A DNA stretch of 64,000 nt from Octopus bimaculoides (GCF_001194135.2 NC_068995.1:50246762-50310761), one strand, 5' to 3'. Counted from the stretch's first letter, positions 1 to 23,989 are shown. The notes: generated by a model not told the origin, from the letters alone. Numbers and translations: made by a program.

Positions 1-87
1 GTTGCACCAGTCCTCAGTCAAATCGTCCAACCCATGCTAGCATGGAACGTGGACGTTAAACGATGATGATGATGATGATGATGATGA
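1..87 (+). mobile_element. 3' end of the abundant RTE-type LINE/SINE with (GAT)n tail
   Basis: cagtcaaatcgtccaacccatgctagcatgg...ggacgttaaacgatgatgat; near-identical to 35500-35580 and to the reverse complement of 22585-22660. Confidence 0.85.
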
Positions 88-463
88 TATATATATATAT
101 ATATATATATATTCCTATTTTGATACTGAAGGGCCCAAAAAACCGGCCTTCTTACATCATAGAAGTTTGGGAGGTAGACATTATTGTCAGAAATATAGCA
201 CAATCCCAAAACTTACTCTTTGATGATGTGTCAGAGCTAATAATAAATAAATTTATTTATGCCATACAAGCGTGGAAAATAGAGACAAACAAGTCCACTT
301 GTCTGAAAGTCATGCAATGAGTGCCACTTGCAATGAGTGCCACTTGCAATGAGTACCACTTGTCAATCTATCAGACATATTCATTTCACCATCTCGCAAA
401 AATAACGGTGGTGCTCCAGCATGGCCACAGCCTTAGGGCTAAAATGTATAAAAGAATAAGAAC

Positions 464-574
464 CTGTTCAGCTAATAATTTTTGTTTGGCTTTCCATTCC
501 TCGATTTCTTCAGTTGCTTTCTGTTTTTCATGTTCTTTGATGTTGTGAATCCGTTCTCTCATGTCGTCTTCAAT
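464..574 (-). CDS. DNAAF4: DNAAF4 coding exon 4 (111 nt, IEDDMRER...LLAEQ)
   Basis: Acceptor ttttttttatcatgctattcag|, donor CAG|GTTCTT; continues the homology in phase 0. Confidence 0.9.
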
Positions 575-3437
575 CTGAATAGCATGATAAAAAAAAAAAT
601 GATATATTCATTTAATATGTTATAATACATTAATAAATATAGATAGGGGGGGAATGGGGGTGATTTTTTTAATATTTAACCTTTTAGCATTTAAACCAGC
701 CATAACTGGCCTAAATATTCTACCTGTTTAACGTTCAAACAGTCACATCGTCAAAATCTCAAAGCTATGAGATGATACATGATTACTTCAAAATAATGTG
801 AATAATAAGCAATTCATTTGACTGAGTAATCTGGCTGCTCATGTGTTTAACCCTTTAGCATTTAAACCGGCCCTCTCCGGCCCAAATATTCTACCTGTTT
901 TTTGTTCAAACTGACCATATTCAGCCTCAGACATTTACCATACAATGTCATTCTGAACGTAAACAATCACATCATTGAAACCTCAAAGCTATGAGATAAT
1001 TACATGATTAATTCAGAACAATGTGAATAAATAAGCGTTACATTTCACAGAGAAATCTGAATGCTTTAAAGAGTTAAATGAATTTCTCAAAAACTTACTA
1101 CTAACTTTCATCATCTTTTTCAAAGCATATTTCTCATTTAGTCTTTTTGTCTCGGCTCGTCTATTTTTTGCCTCTTCTGCTTCTTTCTGTGATTCCTCTA
1201 TTGCTTTGTCCCGCACGAGTTTCATCGCAGCCTTGTCACCTGCCAACATATCAACGAGAAAATACCCAAAGCATAAATACAATATTGACATTGCCGCCAC
1301 TTTTCTCATCATTAACATGTTACATTTATCATTACAGTTGTTTCATATTGGCCTTGACTGAGACATATTAACACATCCACATCAATTTTGCAATTTGTTA
1401 CAATATTTATTATTGAAATACTCTGCCTTTGTATTCAATTAATTTTCAAATTAATGAATAATATAGTAAAACAAACTTTGACATTTTTAAGCTGGTGTTT
1501 GGGACATAAATCAACAGGAAATTTCAAAGGAAGATTTTCATTTGGATCGCTTTAAAACAAGAAGTCTTTATGATAAAACCAATGGCAGATTCAGGTAGGC
1601 TAATAACGAAAGAGCTCATGTGCCTCCTTCCATGATAAGTTTCCATAAGACAATGTTCTCATCACCATGTATGATTATGTTTTACTTGGAAATAAAATCA
1701 GAAGATTCTGTCTAAGGATAAGAAATGGAAACTAATAACCCTTTCTACTATAAGCACAGTGGAGGCGCAGTTGCCCAGTGGTTAGGGCAGCGGACTCGCG
1801 GTCATAGGATCGTAGTTTCGATTCCCAGACCAGGCGTTGTGAGTGTTTATTGAGCGAAAACACATAAAGCTCCATGAAGCACCGGCAGGGAATGGTGGCG
1901 AACCCTGCTGTACTCTTTCACCACAACTTTCTCTCACTCTTTCTTCCTATTTCTGTTGTACCTGTATTTCAAAGGGTCAGCCTTGTCACACTGTGTCACG
2001 CTGAATATCCCCGAGAACTACGTTAAGGGTACACGTGTCTATGGAGTGCTCAGCCACTTGCATAGATTAACAAATTATATTTGAAAATAATTCAAAAATT
2101 CATTACCCACTATATCAGACTGCAATTTAGTCCAGAGACCAGGTGTTAACTTTAACAGCAAAAAGACCACTTCTCCATTTTTTAGCTGTACAGAACTTGC
2201 AGCATTGTCGACTTTTTCACGAAGAAAACATTCAAAGAGAAAAGGTCGGTAGTTCACCTGTAGAGCAAGAGGAAAATATTAAAATGAAATTCAAACTTTA
2301 TTTTACAAAAGCAAAATAACTGGGTTGTAACCAAGATAGGACATCACCTTCTAAAGTACAGTTAAATTATATTGACCTCTAGTATTTATTTTATTGAACT
2401 TCAAAGAGCAAAATGGAAAAGGGATTTGGGTGTGAATTAAACTCAGGATGTAACCCAATACCACAAGGTATATTGTCTGATACTCAGTTATTGTTTTCTT
2501 TGTCATCATCGTCTTCATTATTGTCGTCATCACTGTTGTTGGTATTGTTGTCATCATCAACTTCATCATCATCATTATCAAAACCATCCTCATCATCATT
2601 TTAATGTTTATATTTCTCTGCTTGCAAAGATCAGTCAGAATTAGTTGAGGCAGACCTTTTATTCCAAATACATTTCCTGTCAATCTACTTAAAGTATGAT
2701 AAATAATAATTTATGGGATTTCCATAAAAGGGAAAATCTTCTGAGAGTGAGTGAGAGAGAGAGAGAGAGAGAGAGTTGAAAGCTGATTATGGAATATATG
2801 ATATGGACTTTATATAAATATCCTATAGAACTCAATTAAGAAACTGTCCTGAAAATAAATAAGGCATCTTTTTGTTCATCTTTCATTATTGAAAATGACC
2901 ACAACTCCACTTCTTAAAGAGTAACAACAATGAACGATGTAGCCATGGAGGTAGGTGACTGAAGATTCATAACTGCTCCTGCCTATGTGGCAGTATTTTA
3001 AGGACATAGATACACATGATAGGGCCACAGCCACAATAAAAGGGTTGCTGCCTGTTTGTGATTTGAGTTCTGACTTGTTCTGAACTCGGATTATTTTGAT
3101 ACAGGGCTGGTCAAATGAAGAGCTTCCTACTCTACATGACTCTCTGGGTAAGTGGCAAGGGAAATCAAAACAACTGGAGATATATCAACGGTAGAATCCA
3201 GGAGAATTTACAGGGAAATCAATGTTTCACTGAGCCCTTGGGGGTGAAGGTGGGGGGAGTTTCAGATAATTCACACGAGTCGACACTGTTTCCTCAAAAT
3301 GGTTACTTTTACTTTTAAATGAAATATTCTATAAATATTTTTCAGATGGTATGGATTACGATTATATCGGAATTTAATGTAAAAAAAAAAGAAACAAAAA
3401 AGTTGTCGGGTGCGCACACATACATACTGATACACAT

Positions 3438-3489
<52 letters not shown>

Positions 3490-3829
3490 AAGTGAATAAA
3501 ATGCTAGTTTATATATATATATATAAAAAAAACTATTTACAAATGCTTAGTATACGTGATTAACATTCGTGTGTATAATGTGTTCTTACAGCATTCGGGT
3601 GGGCTTTTTATTTAGTCTTTTGTTAACATTGTATCAATGCACACCAAAGTTTATATACACATCCAACTGTTTTCTAAACAACGTAGAAAAAGAAGTTTAA
3701 TTTCACCTTTAGATATTCACGAGACGTTAATACACCAGCTTTACTGCTGTGTATTCCTTTTAGAGCAACTTTGATGAGAATATTGGTTTCGGTCTCTTCC
3801 CATTCATAATCTTTTACTAATACCGGCAT
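464..3829 (-). CDS. DNAAF4: Dynein axonemal assembly factor 4 (DYX1C1), 5' part: complement(join(3707..3829,2107..2257,1106..1239,464..574)), 173 aa, continues beyond window start
   Basis: Spliced translation MPVLVKDYEWEETETNILIKVALKG...YLK|VNYRPFLFECFL...|GDKAAMKLVRDKAIEESQKEAEEA...KYALKKMMK|IEDDMRERIHNIKEHEKQKATEEIEEWK follows human DNAAF4 as recalled (MPLQVSDYSWQQT...YLKVNFPPFLFEAFL...KYALSVMMKIEEEERKKI...KATKALEAWK): CS/p23 domain then charged coiled coil. All introns GT-AG; phases 0,1,0 are consistent. Confidence 0.96.
676..1077 (+). mobile_element. Tandem pair of piggyBac-like MITEs (first copy 3'-truncated)
   Basis: TTAA-CC(C/T)TTTAGCATT start at 676 and 847; AATGCT..AG(A/G)G-TTAA end at 1077; internal homology to 17588-17791 and 49571-49793. 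Confidence 0.75.
1106..1239 (-). CDS. DNAAF4: DNAAF4 coding exon 3 (134 nt)
   Basis: Acceptor atgttggcag|, donor AAA|GTTAGT; ends KYALKKMMK. Confidence 0.93.
1759..2062 (+). mobile_element. tRNA-derived SINE (head + central domain X + tail P)
   Basis: Box A-like TGCCCAGTGG and box B-like GTTTCGATTCC; tail shared with 31830-31925. Confidence 0.85.
2107..2257 (-). CDS. DNAAF4: DNAAF4 coding exon 2 (151 nt, VNYRPFLFECF...SDIV)
   Basis: Acceptor ctcttgctctacag|, donor G|GTAATG; CS-domain motif VN(F/Y)xPFLFE. Confidence 0.95.
3707..3829 (-). CDS. DNAAF4: DNAAF4 coding exon 1 (123 nt, MPVLVKDYEW...REYLK)
   Basis: ATG at 3829 with A at -3; donor AAG|GTGAAA at 3706; too short for the ORF track. 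Confidence 0.95.
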
Positions 3830-3855
3830 GTTTCCGACTAATATAGTTTACTTCT

Positions 3856-3869
3856 GTTGCTTTGGTAAC
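3856..3869. promoter_or_regulatory. RFX X-box (GTTGCTTTGGTAAC) 27 bp upstream of the DNAAF4 ATG
   Basis: Fits the 14-bp GTTRCY-NN-RGYAAC imperfect palindrome; proximal position typical of ciliary genes. Confidence 0.75.
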
Positions 3870-4606
3870 CGCAAAGTGTTCGTATGACATTTCGCTGTAC
3901 AGAGTTATTGTTCCTTAGTCACATCGCTGCTGATGGATTTTCACTTTGTTATTTTCCCTTCGTTAAATCTCAGGTCACTTTTCATCAAACAGACATATAA
4001 TCAAACGATTTCTGACCGTGACTATCTCACGAGTATTATTTAACTATCTAACATGTTCTTTCTTTATTTAAGGCGGTAGAGGGATTAAAGAGCTGTTATT
4101 TCTAGCAGGTCGAACCCGGTGGCTCCTTATAGTTTGTTGTGTAGTTGTGTGTGTATGTGAGTGTGTGTGCGCATTCATAGATGTAAGTGTGACTGTGTGA
4201 TAAGAAGTTTACTTCCCAACTACATGATTCTGGGTTCAGTCTCATTGTGTGGAACCTTGGGCAAGTGTCTTCTAAAACCTTGTGAATGGATTTGATAGGC
4301 AAGAACTGAAAGAAACTCATCTTGTGTGTGTGTGTGTCTGTAAAAGGGCAAGACAAATGAAAAAATACTAAATACTGTTGTGTCGCTAAATTTTTATTGA
4401 GAACATATATTTTTTTCGTGGTTAAATGATTCGGCATCTATTTCTAGCATATAGGAGTTCCACTTTTGCTGGTCATTCCTCTTATTTTTGTATGTAATAT
4501 AATTTTAATCTTCGGATTTTTTTAATATGCTAGACCACTGGTTCTAATTGACTAATATCAATTACTACCCTCATAAATAAATTNNNNNNNNNNNNNNNNN
4601 NNNNNN

Positions 4607-4648
<42 letters not shown>

Positions 4649-5159
4649 TAAGTGGGGCAAAATGAGTAATTTCTGATTTTTGGTTATTTTTTCCCTATCC
4701 GTTTGATATTATTACATTACAAGTATTGCATTACCATTTTGTGTTGCTACATTACACTTAAGAGAAAAAATTGGTCAGTATAGTTGTTGAAGTTGAGAGA
4801 GTCTGAAACAGGTGGCAGGTCCTCTTTTTCAAGAAATTTTTCTTAAGTTTCAACCCAATTGTAATTGAGGTTACTAATAAAATATTTGGATAATTTTTGG
4901 TGTTTAACAATCAATATTCTTTTCTCTGTTGGGTTCCAAGTCAATTTTTTTCCCCCCACACTAATGTCTAATTTAATAATTTTCAATTTTCAAAAAGAAA
5001 TGTTGTCTAAACTGGGGCAAAATAAGTAATGGCTAATTTCAATAATTTCTTCTCTCTAACTGAATGGTGTGTAAATATATCATGAAGAGAGACACTCCAG
5101 CAGATCAATGAAGAAACTATAGAGAATATTTTATGATGAAAGTTTTGATTTAATTGAAG

Positions 5160-5280
5160 ATTGGTATTCAAGCAGTGTCTCACATATCCTAGTGCCCCAA
5201 TAATTACCGGTATTAACCTGAACTTGTAACCTGGATAGAGTAGCTGTAGATTCCTCAATAGTTCAGTGTAGGTATCAGGT
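5160..5280 (-). mobile_element. Fragment of an RLE-type non-LTR retrotransposon (R4/Dong-NeSL-like C-terminus)
   Basis: DTYTELLRNLQLLYPGYKFRLIPVIIGALGYV resembles the K/TYxxL...IPhhhGALG end of restriction-like endonuclease domains. Confidence 0.7.
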
Positions 5281-7274
5281 GGAGGGGATCCAGGATTTCT
5301 TTTTGGGTGTTGCCGAAAAGCTTCGAAAAAAATACTATATGAAGTGGGAATCGCAATTCGTAACAAACGGACCCATTTTTATGTATTCTAACTTAGTTGT
5401 AGCAGATTATATCCATATGAAACAGAAATGTTGTGTAACTTCAGGAAATAAACCTTGGTCCCTGTTCTTTTGGTGTCAGCTCACCTATAAAGGATGTTGC
5501 CCGGGTAACTAGAGCAATACCCTTGCATCTGCCACTGGGTATTTTCTTTTTTGTTGATATTTAGCTTTATGTTAACACCCTCTGAGCAGCTAATTTCCAC
5601 AACTGTACACAGTTTCTCTTTTCTTGTGTATGTATTTATCTACGTATTTATATCTTCTCTTTCCCTTTTTAATTTAGAGTAAATTTTGACTGGTCACCTA
5701 CTCGATAGCAAGGTTGTAAAGAAAAGTATTTCGTTTTAACAGTTATACTTTAAATTTTAAGAGGGTTTGTGTATGTATATATGCACGTATATGCGTTTGT
5801 GTATGTAAATTGCCTTGTAGTATTAAGGTCTATATTTCTTCTGGCTTTTTACGTTCTGGGTTCAATCTCTACTGAGATCGGCATTGCCTTTCATCTTTTC
5901 GAGGTTGCTAAAATAAGTACAAGTTGATGTAATCGATATACCGACCCCCTTAAAATTGCTGACTTCGTGCAAAAATTTGGAACCATAATCAAGGTCTGTA
6001 GAAGGGAGATAACTCGGGCAAAACTAGCCATTTGATAAATTAAGCCCCACGTTTGAGTCGATATATAATTGACTAAAAATTTTGAAGGTAGTGCTCCAGC
6101 ATGGCTAGGGCCCAATGGCTGAACTACTAAAAGAATCAGCATTGAAAATGGGTGATTTTTATAATAAAATCGTCAACTTTTTTTTTTATTAAGAATTCTG
6201 AAAATAATACTAAAAGATAAACGTGTTTTTTTTAAATCAATACAATGTTTAGAAAAATTGCTTTTCTATATACTTTTCATATGTATTTAGAGGCATTTAA
6301 CATAAGTTCACCATTTTACAAAATTAAATTAGAAAATTGGACAAAACAGAACACAACTGAAATTTTTTTTTTAAATAAGCAGGCAGCGGACATAGGAAAA
6401 ATATCTAAAAATAAATTTTATTTGATCTTGCTCTCAATTGAATAACCTCGTTTCAGGTGTATGTAATACAATGTTTATTACTTTAAAGGGTCAAGTGTTT
6501 GAATAATGAGCTTCAAAAGTTACGAAATATTCTTGTAGCTACTGCAGTCAGGTAGCATTGCCGATTGTATCTACTTTGAACTAATTTTGACCAATCAATC
6601 GGAACATCTGAAGAGAGGATTGTTTAGTAATTTTCAAGTGCATCGAGACTCGAAAAGGAAAAAGAAAAAAAAAAAGATTTATTCTGTTTTTAAAAGTTAC
6701 TTAATTGTTGCTATTTCATACAAAAATACCAATTCGCTTTTAAAAACTGCTTTTCCTATATCCTGCGTTGCTTAAGCTGCCTCAAACAGCTCGGCAAATG
6801 TCACTATTTACTCTCCCTAGTGGGTTGATCTTTCAAAAACAAACCAATTTGCAATTCTGAAATACTCTACGAGTCTTTATTTTTCTCTCAAGATTCACAC
6901 TAGCATAAAACTATTTTCCTTAATTACAATTCACTCCATCTCTCGCCCCGCCTTCTTTCTCTCTCCCCTCTCTCATACACATTATTTCTTTCTCTCTGTC
7001 TCTCTCTCTCTCTCAGCTCTCCAATTCACCCGCACTTCTTAAAACTGCTATTCCGAGAGATAACTTATTTCTTTATGAATCCAGAAGCTGCTGCTTCAGC
7101 AAATCAAAACTAAATGCAACATGACGTTTATTTGTTATATCTGGAAGGACATCAACGAAGAAAAAGATTTCTGTTAGTTTAAATAATTTTAACGCAGTAG
7201 TCAATTGGATGACAGGGTTAACTATTCTAGAAGCTTATATTTCCACTTGTTCTGTTAATCTCTAACAACTCGGA

Positions 7275-19419
<12,145 letters not shown>

Positions 19420-19487
19420 TGTTAAAAGTAAAGGTTTTTGCTATCTTAAGACATTCCATTTTCAGCACAATTTCAATGACATTTTCT

Positions 19488-19738
19488 NNNNNNNNNNNNN
19501 NNNNNNNNNNNNNNNNNNNNNNNNNNNNNNNNNNNNNNNNNNNNNNNNNNNNNNNNNNNNNNNNNNNNNNNNNNNNNNNNNNNNNNNNNNNNNNNNNNNN
19601 NNNNNNNNNNNNNNNNNNNNNNNNNNNNNNNNNNNNNNNNNNNNNNNNNNNNNNNNNNNNNNNNNNNNNNNNNNNNNNNNNNNNNNNNNNNNNNNNNNNN
19701 NNNNNNNNNNNNNNNNNNNNNNNNNNNNNNNNNNNNNN
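19488..19738. other. Assembly gap in the TM6SF1 3' UTR (other gaps: 4584-4606, 24896-25269, 34933-35349, 40639-40648, 48436-48839, 54255-54376, 55004-55315, 56307-56316, 57572-57581)
   Basis: Runs of N. Confidence 1.
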
Positions 19739-20984
19739 GAAATATCCTGTAATATCAATATTCTTAACTTTTACTGAAATATTTGGTTTAAAATTTTTAC
19801 TGTCTGATATTAAAAGTATTTTGAATATTTGGACATATCAGGAAATTTTTTAATTCTTTTAGTAATGAATTTTTAAGAATATCTCTGTTGCCAAATATAA
19901 ACTATGGTGAAAGTAAGTTTTAGCTTATATTTCTTCAGAACTGGGGTTTTTTTTTTTTTTTTACTTAATATTTAAAAAAAAATTATTTTGTAAATAAATA
20001 AATTCATGTAAAATGTTGAGCTTTAAAAGTTTCACTTAAAATAACAGCCCCATGGCAAAATCAAATCTTCTGCTCCTCTGCAAATAATCATAGTGAAATA
20101 TATTCATAACTGATTTCAGTTATTTTAAATATTCAAATATTCTCTATTTTGAAATGTATATTTTGGCTTTTAAATCGATGTCGCTCCAGCATGGCCTTAG
20201 CAATATGCCTACACAATTGCACAATATATTTTTTTTTAATGAAGAATAAAATGTAAATAAAATGTTTAGGAACTTGCTGATCCATGGAAAAAATATATAT
20301 GTGATTGAAATGGAGATATGACAAGTTTCTTGATGCTTTTTTAAAGAAGTGTTTTATTATTGAAAGAAAAAGCCTACTCAGAACTCATCCTTTTTTTTAG
20401 GCTGCATGTTATATTTCCAACTTCTTTTTAACACAAAGAAAAAGAAAAATCACCATCTCTAATGTGGTTCATAAATTATTGTGTAGCAGCTCAATGAATA
20501 ATTTTCCAGATTTTGTAAATCTTGCACAGATATTATATATCTTTTGTATATATTCATTGAAACTTTTGCCAAGAAGTTATTAATTTTGCATTTTCTAATG
20601 CAATACATTATCGGTGCTTGTCACAATCAAATATTTATCTATTTTACTCTCTCTCTGTCTTCTGTAAGTTTACAAGTCCTTTCATTCACATTCTACACAG
20701 CTTCTGTTATTCTGTGATAGTAACTCAGTATTCAGCAAACACTGTATTTATTCTAAATTTAATTTGAACTTTGCCTTCAAACATGTACAAATTTGATAAT
20801 TTTTTTTATTACCTCTCCATAAAATCTTCCCAATTCAATATCATCACTTTATAGAAAAGAATATGTGGATGCTTCTGAAGCTGATTCTTATTCTGTCCTG
20901 ATTTACAAACGTGCATGTCTTGTTCCACCAAGGAAAATATCTGACACCTCCAGATGTTACTCTGTTGATGTACCTTTCTTTCTT

Positions 20985-21185
20985 TCTCGCCGTTTTAAAG
21001 CTTAGCGAGGTTCATGGGCCCGGTTTCCCAGTTTTTATGGCGTATGTGTTCCTCCCAGCTGAACAAGACGCCAGTCCATCGCAGCGTTACTCAAGAAACA
21101 GGAAGAAAGAGTGACAGAAATTTGGGGCGAAAGAGTACAACAGGGGCACCACCACCTTCTGCTGGAGCCTCATGGAGCTTTAGCA
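20985..21185 (-). mobile_element. 5'-truncated SINE (central domain X + tail Q), antisense in the TM6SF1 3' UTR
   Basis: Reverse complement aaagctccatgaggctccagc...ctgttgtactctttc...cactctttcttcctgtttc matches 1866-1955; tail matches the reverse complement of 26735-26825. Confidence 0.75.
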
Positions 21186-21391
21186 AATCCCATATCTCAC
21201 CGATTATTCATCAGTCTCTCCAGACTAGCATGGTTAGTGATCTACTCATGTCTAACATAGCAAAATGTTCCACTTATGTTTAATGTCTACAAGAACTAAC
21301 ATCATGAATTAACATATTGCAAATTAATGTTAATTTTTTAACTTTGATTTTTTGTTTTTCTTGTTTCTCTTTTCCTTTTTTGTAAAATGGA

Positions 21392-21397
21392 AATAAA
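21392..21397 (+). terminator. Candidate TM6SF1 polyadenylation signal (implies a 3' UTR of about 2 kb)
   Basis: AATAAA preceded by a U-rich tract (21345-21380) and followed by GU/U-rich sequence; earlier AATAAA hexamers also exist. Confidence 0.5.
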
Positions 21398-22162
21398 AGT
21401 GCTTTGATATATATATTGCTTTGTCCGTTTGAATCTCTTCACGTTTGAAATAACTTTACAAACATGGTGATGGTGTTTCTATAAGATCATATTTTTTTCA
21501 CTGACAAACTACGACGGGAGAATTTTACAAGGAAAGATAACTCATATTATCCAAGTATTATTTTCTTTCATAATTCTCTCCCTTTATCATTTTTAAAAAA
21601 ATAAGTTTTAAACGAGACCCAAGGATACTGAACTCTTCACAATTTTTTTTTATATAGAGGCACACTAGTGAGTTGCCTGTTCATTGTTTTCCCCATCCCC
21701 CCTTGAAGGGCTTCAAATTGACTTATAGTACTTTATTATACAGTACTCATGCTACTTACCATACCCCCAATTTACTGCTAATTACAGTGAACAAGCTATA
21801 GTTGGGTCTTGGCCATTGACCATAAAAATCTTTTTTTTTTTGACCTCAGACGAATCCTCAGTGGTGCCTCCTGCTATCTCACTCTTTCATAACATCTTGC
21901 TAGCTTAACGTGAATAAATAAGCTTTACATTTGATATAATAATCTGAATGCTAATGGGTTAAAAGACAGATTGAAAAATAATCTTAGGCATGCAATTGGT
22001 GCTTACTAGATGAAACAAGACTTCTGAAAGTTTCAACTCGAGTCCAGCTGGAATCTCCTGCTCTGAATTTGCACATCTGTTGAGTGTTTTTTAGCTTTGT
22101 TTTTTGCTCCTTCATATTTAAAACATAAACATGTAACTTGAAACTGGAGACAGGAAAAAAAA

Positions 22163-22528
22163 TCCTTTCTACTATAGGCACAAGGCTCTGAAATTTAAGG
22201 GGATTGGGTTAGTTGAATACATTGACCCAGTGAACAACTGGTACTTATTTTATCGACTTCAAAAGGATGGCAGGCAAGGTTGCCCTCAGCAGAATTTGAA
22301 CGCAGAATAATAATAATTTCAAATTCTAGCACAAGGCCAGCAATTTCAGGTGAGGGAGTAAGTTAATTACATCAACCCCAGTGTTTCACTGATACTTAAT
22401 TTATCGACCCCGAAAGGATGAAAGGCAAAACCGACCTTGGTGGATTTTGAACTTGGAATGTAGTGATAGGCGAAATACCACTAGGCATTTCATCCAGTGT
22501 GCTAATGATTCTGCCAGCTCATCACCTT
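22163..22528 (-). mobile_element. Two tandem family-M SINEs separated by (AAT)n
   Basis: Both contain gaaaggatg..aggcaa / gaatttgaac motifs; (AAT)n at 22306-22317 and 22529-22555. Confidence 0.8.
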
Positions 22529-22584
22529 AATAATAATAATAATAATAATAATAATTCATTTAGGCCTGCTAGCTTGTTCCCATA

Positions 22585-22812
22585 ATCATCATCGTTTAAC
22601 GTCCGCTTTCCATGCTAGCATGGGTTGGACGATTTGACTGAGGACTGGTGAACCAGATGGCTACACCAGGCTCCAGTCTGATTTGGCAGAGTTTCTACAG
22701 TTGGATGCCCTTCCTAACGCCAACCACTCCGAGAGTGTAGTGGGGGCTTTTACGTGCCACCGGCACGAAGGCCAGTCAGGCGGTACTGGCAATGGCCACG
22801 CTCAAAATGGTG
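22585..22812 (-). mobile_element. Young RTE-type 3'-end element
   Basis: Near-identical to the reverse complement of 35350-35565. Confidence 0.85.
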
Positions 22813-23424
22813 TATTAATAATAACAACAACAACAACAACAACAACAACATTAACAGCAATGTTTTAAAATCAAGGTTCATCCTCTATTTGAGAAGATGA
22901 ATGCAGAGGGAGAGGTGCAAAAAAACAAGTCAGTGATAACCCATGAAATTAAGTTTGATTTTATTGGAAATGTACTTCAATGAACAGCAGTGAATAGGAT
23001 CCTTCCAACATCATAGAATTGTGTTCAGAATCTTCACTAAATACAAACATCTACTGATCCTCACATTTACACAGGTATGAAATACATTGTTCGAGATCTG
23101 TAGCAAGGCCACAGACAAGTCAGTTGATTTTCTGGAGTCTTGATGTGAAAATATATGGCAATGTAGGTGAGATCTGCTAAAGAGTTCCATTGGCAGCTTT
23201 CTGATGTTCTAGTAGTAGTAGTAGTAGTAGTAGTAATAGTGGTAGTAGTAGTAGTAGTATTAGTATTATTATCGTTATTATAATTATTATCATCTTCATC
23301 ATCATTATGCAGATTAGAGTACCACACAAAAATATTATATATATATATATACACACACACATATATATGTGTATGTATGAGTATACACACGCATATATGT
23401 GTATATACATATATAAATATATGA

Positions 23425-23460
<36 letters not shown>

Positions 23461-23989
23461 TGTTTTAAAAAAATTATTTATAACTGAGACAAAAAAAGAC
23501 ATCAATGAGGAATCGGTCTTGGGTTGGAACCAAGACAGTTCCTTTGTCAGCTCTAAAGAGTCCAAAATCTAATTTGAAAACGAAATAAAATTTTTAAAAA
23601 TAATAATAATAATAAAATGAAAATAAAATGAAATGAACATGTTCAATTGAATGATTGAAACCAAGAATCAAAATAACAAAAATAACCAAAAAATTATTTC
23701 TGTTAAGCCCTTTGCAAATTATGGGATCACAATTAGCAAAAGTTGATGAAAAATGATGCTATCAAAGTATAAAAGTAAAATAAATTAATTGAAAAAAAAA
23801 ACAAAAACATTACCTACAATTTCAGAGCATTAAAAAAAATAAAAAAAGAAAAACAAAGGCCAAAACTTGATAAAGTTAATCATTAGATGTTTGTGCCTCA
23901 TTAATTAGCTAATTAGTAAATCTAAAACCTGATCTACCCTTTAAGCTTGCTTTCCCTTTATGCATATTATTTCTGTTTTGTAAAAAATT

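Noticed and set aside
217-236. 20-nt AG...GTAAGT-bounded microexon downstream of DNAAF4 exon 4
   Set aside because: Phase 0 gives CTC TGA (immediate stop), there is no pyrimidine tract and there is no homology
1759-1835. tRNA-like sequence with box A and box B
   Set aside because: No closing acceptor stem or T-run terminator; it continues into a SINE body found in several copies
2480-2660. Asp/Asn-rich reading frame ending in a stop, followed by AATAAA, like an alternative DNAAF4 last exon
   Set aside because: An in-frame TAA precedes it directly, and it is the expanded (GAT)n tail of an RTE-type repeat (homologous to 39805 and 58150)
4632-5028. Direct repeat ggggcaaaat(g/a)agtaat at 4632 and 5013
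   Set aside because: Same orientation, with no target duplication or ends I can define; probably DNA-transposon debris with too little evidence to call
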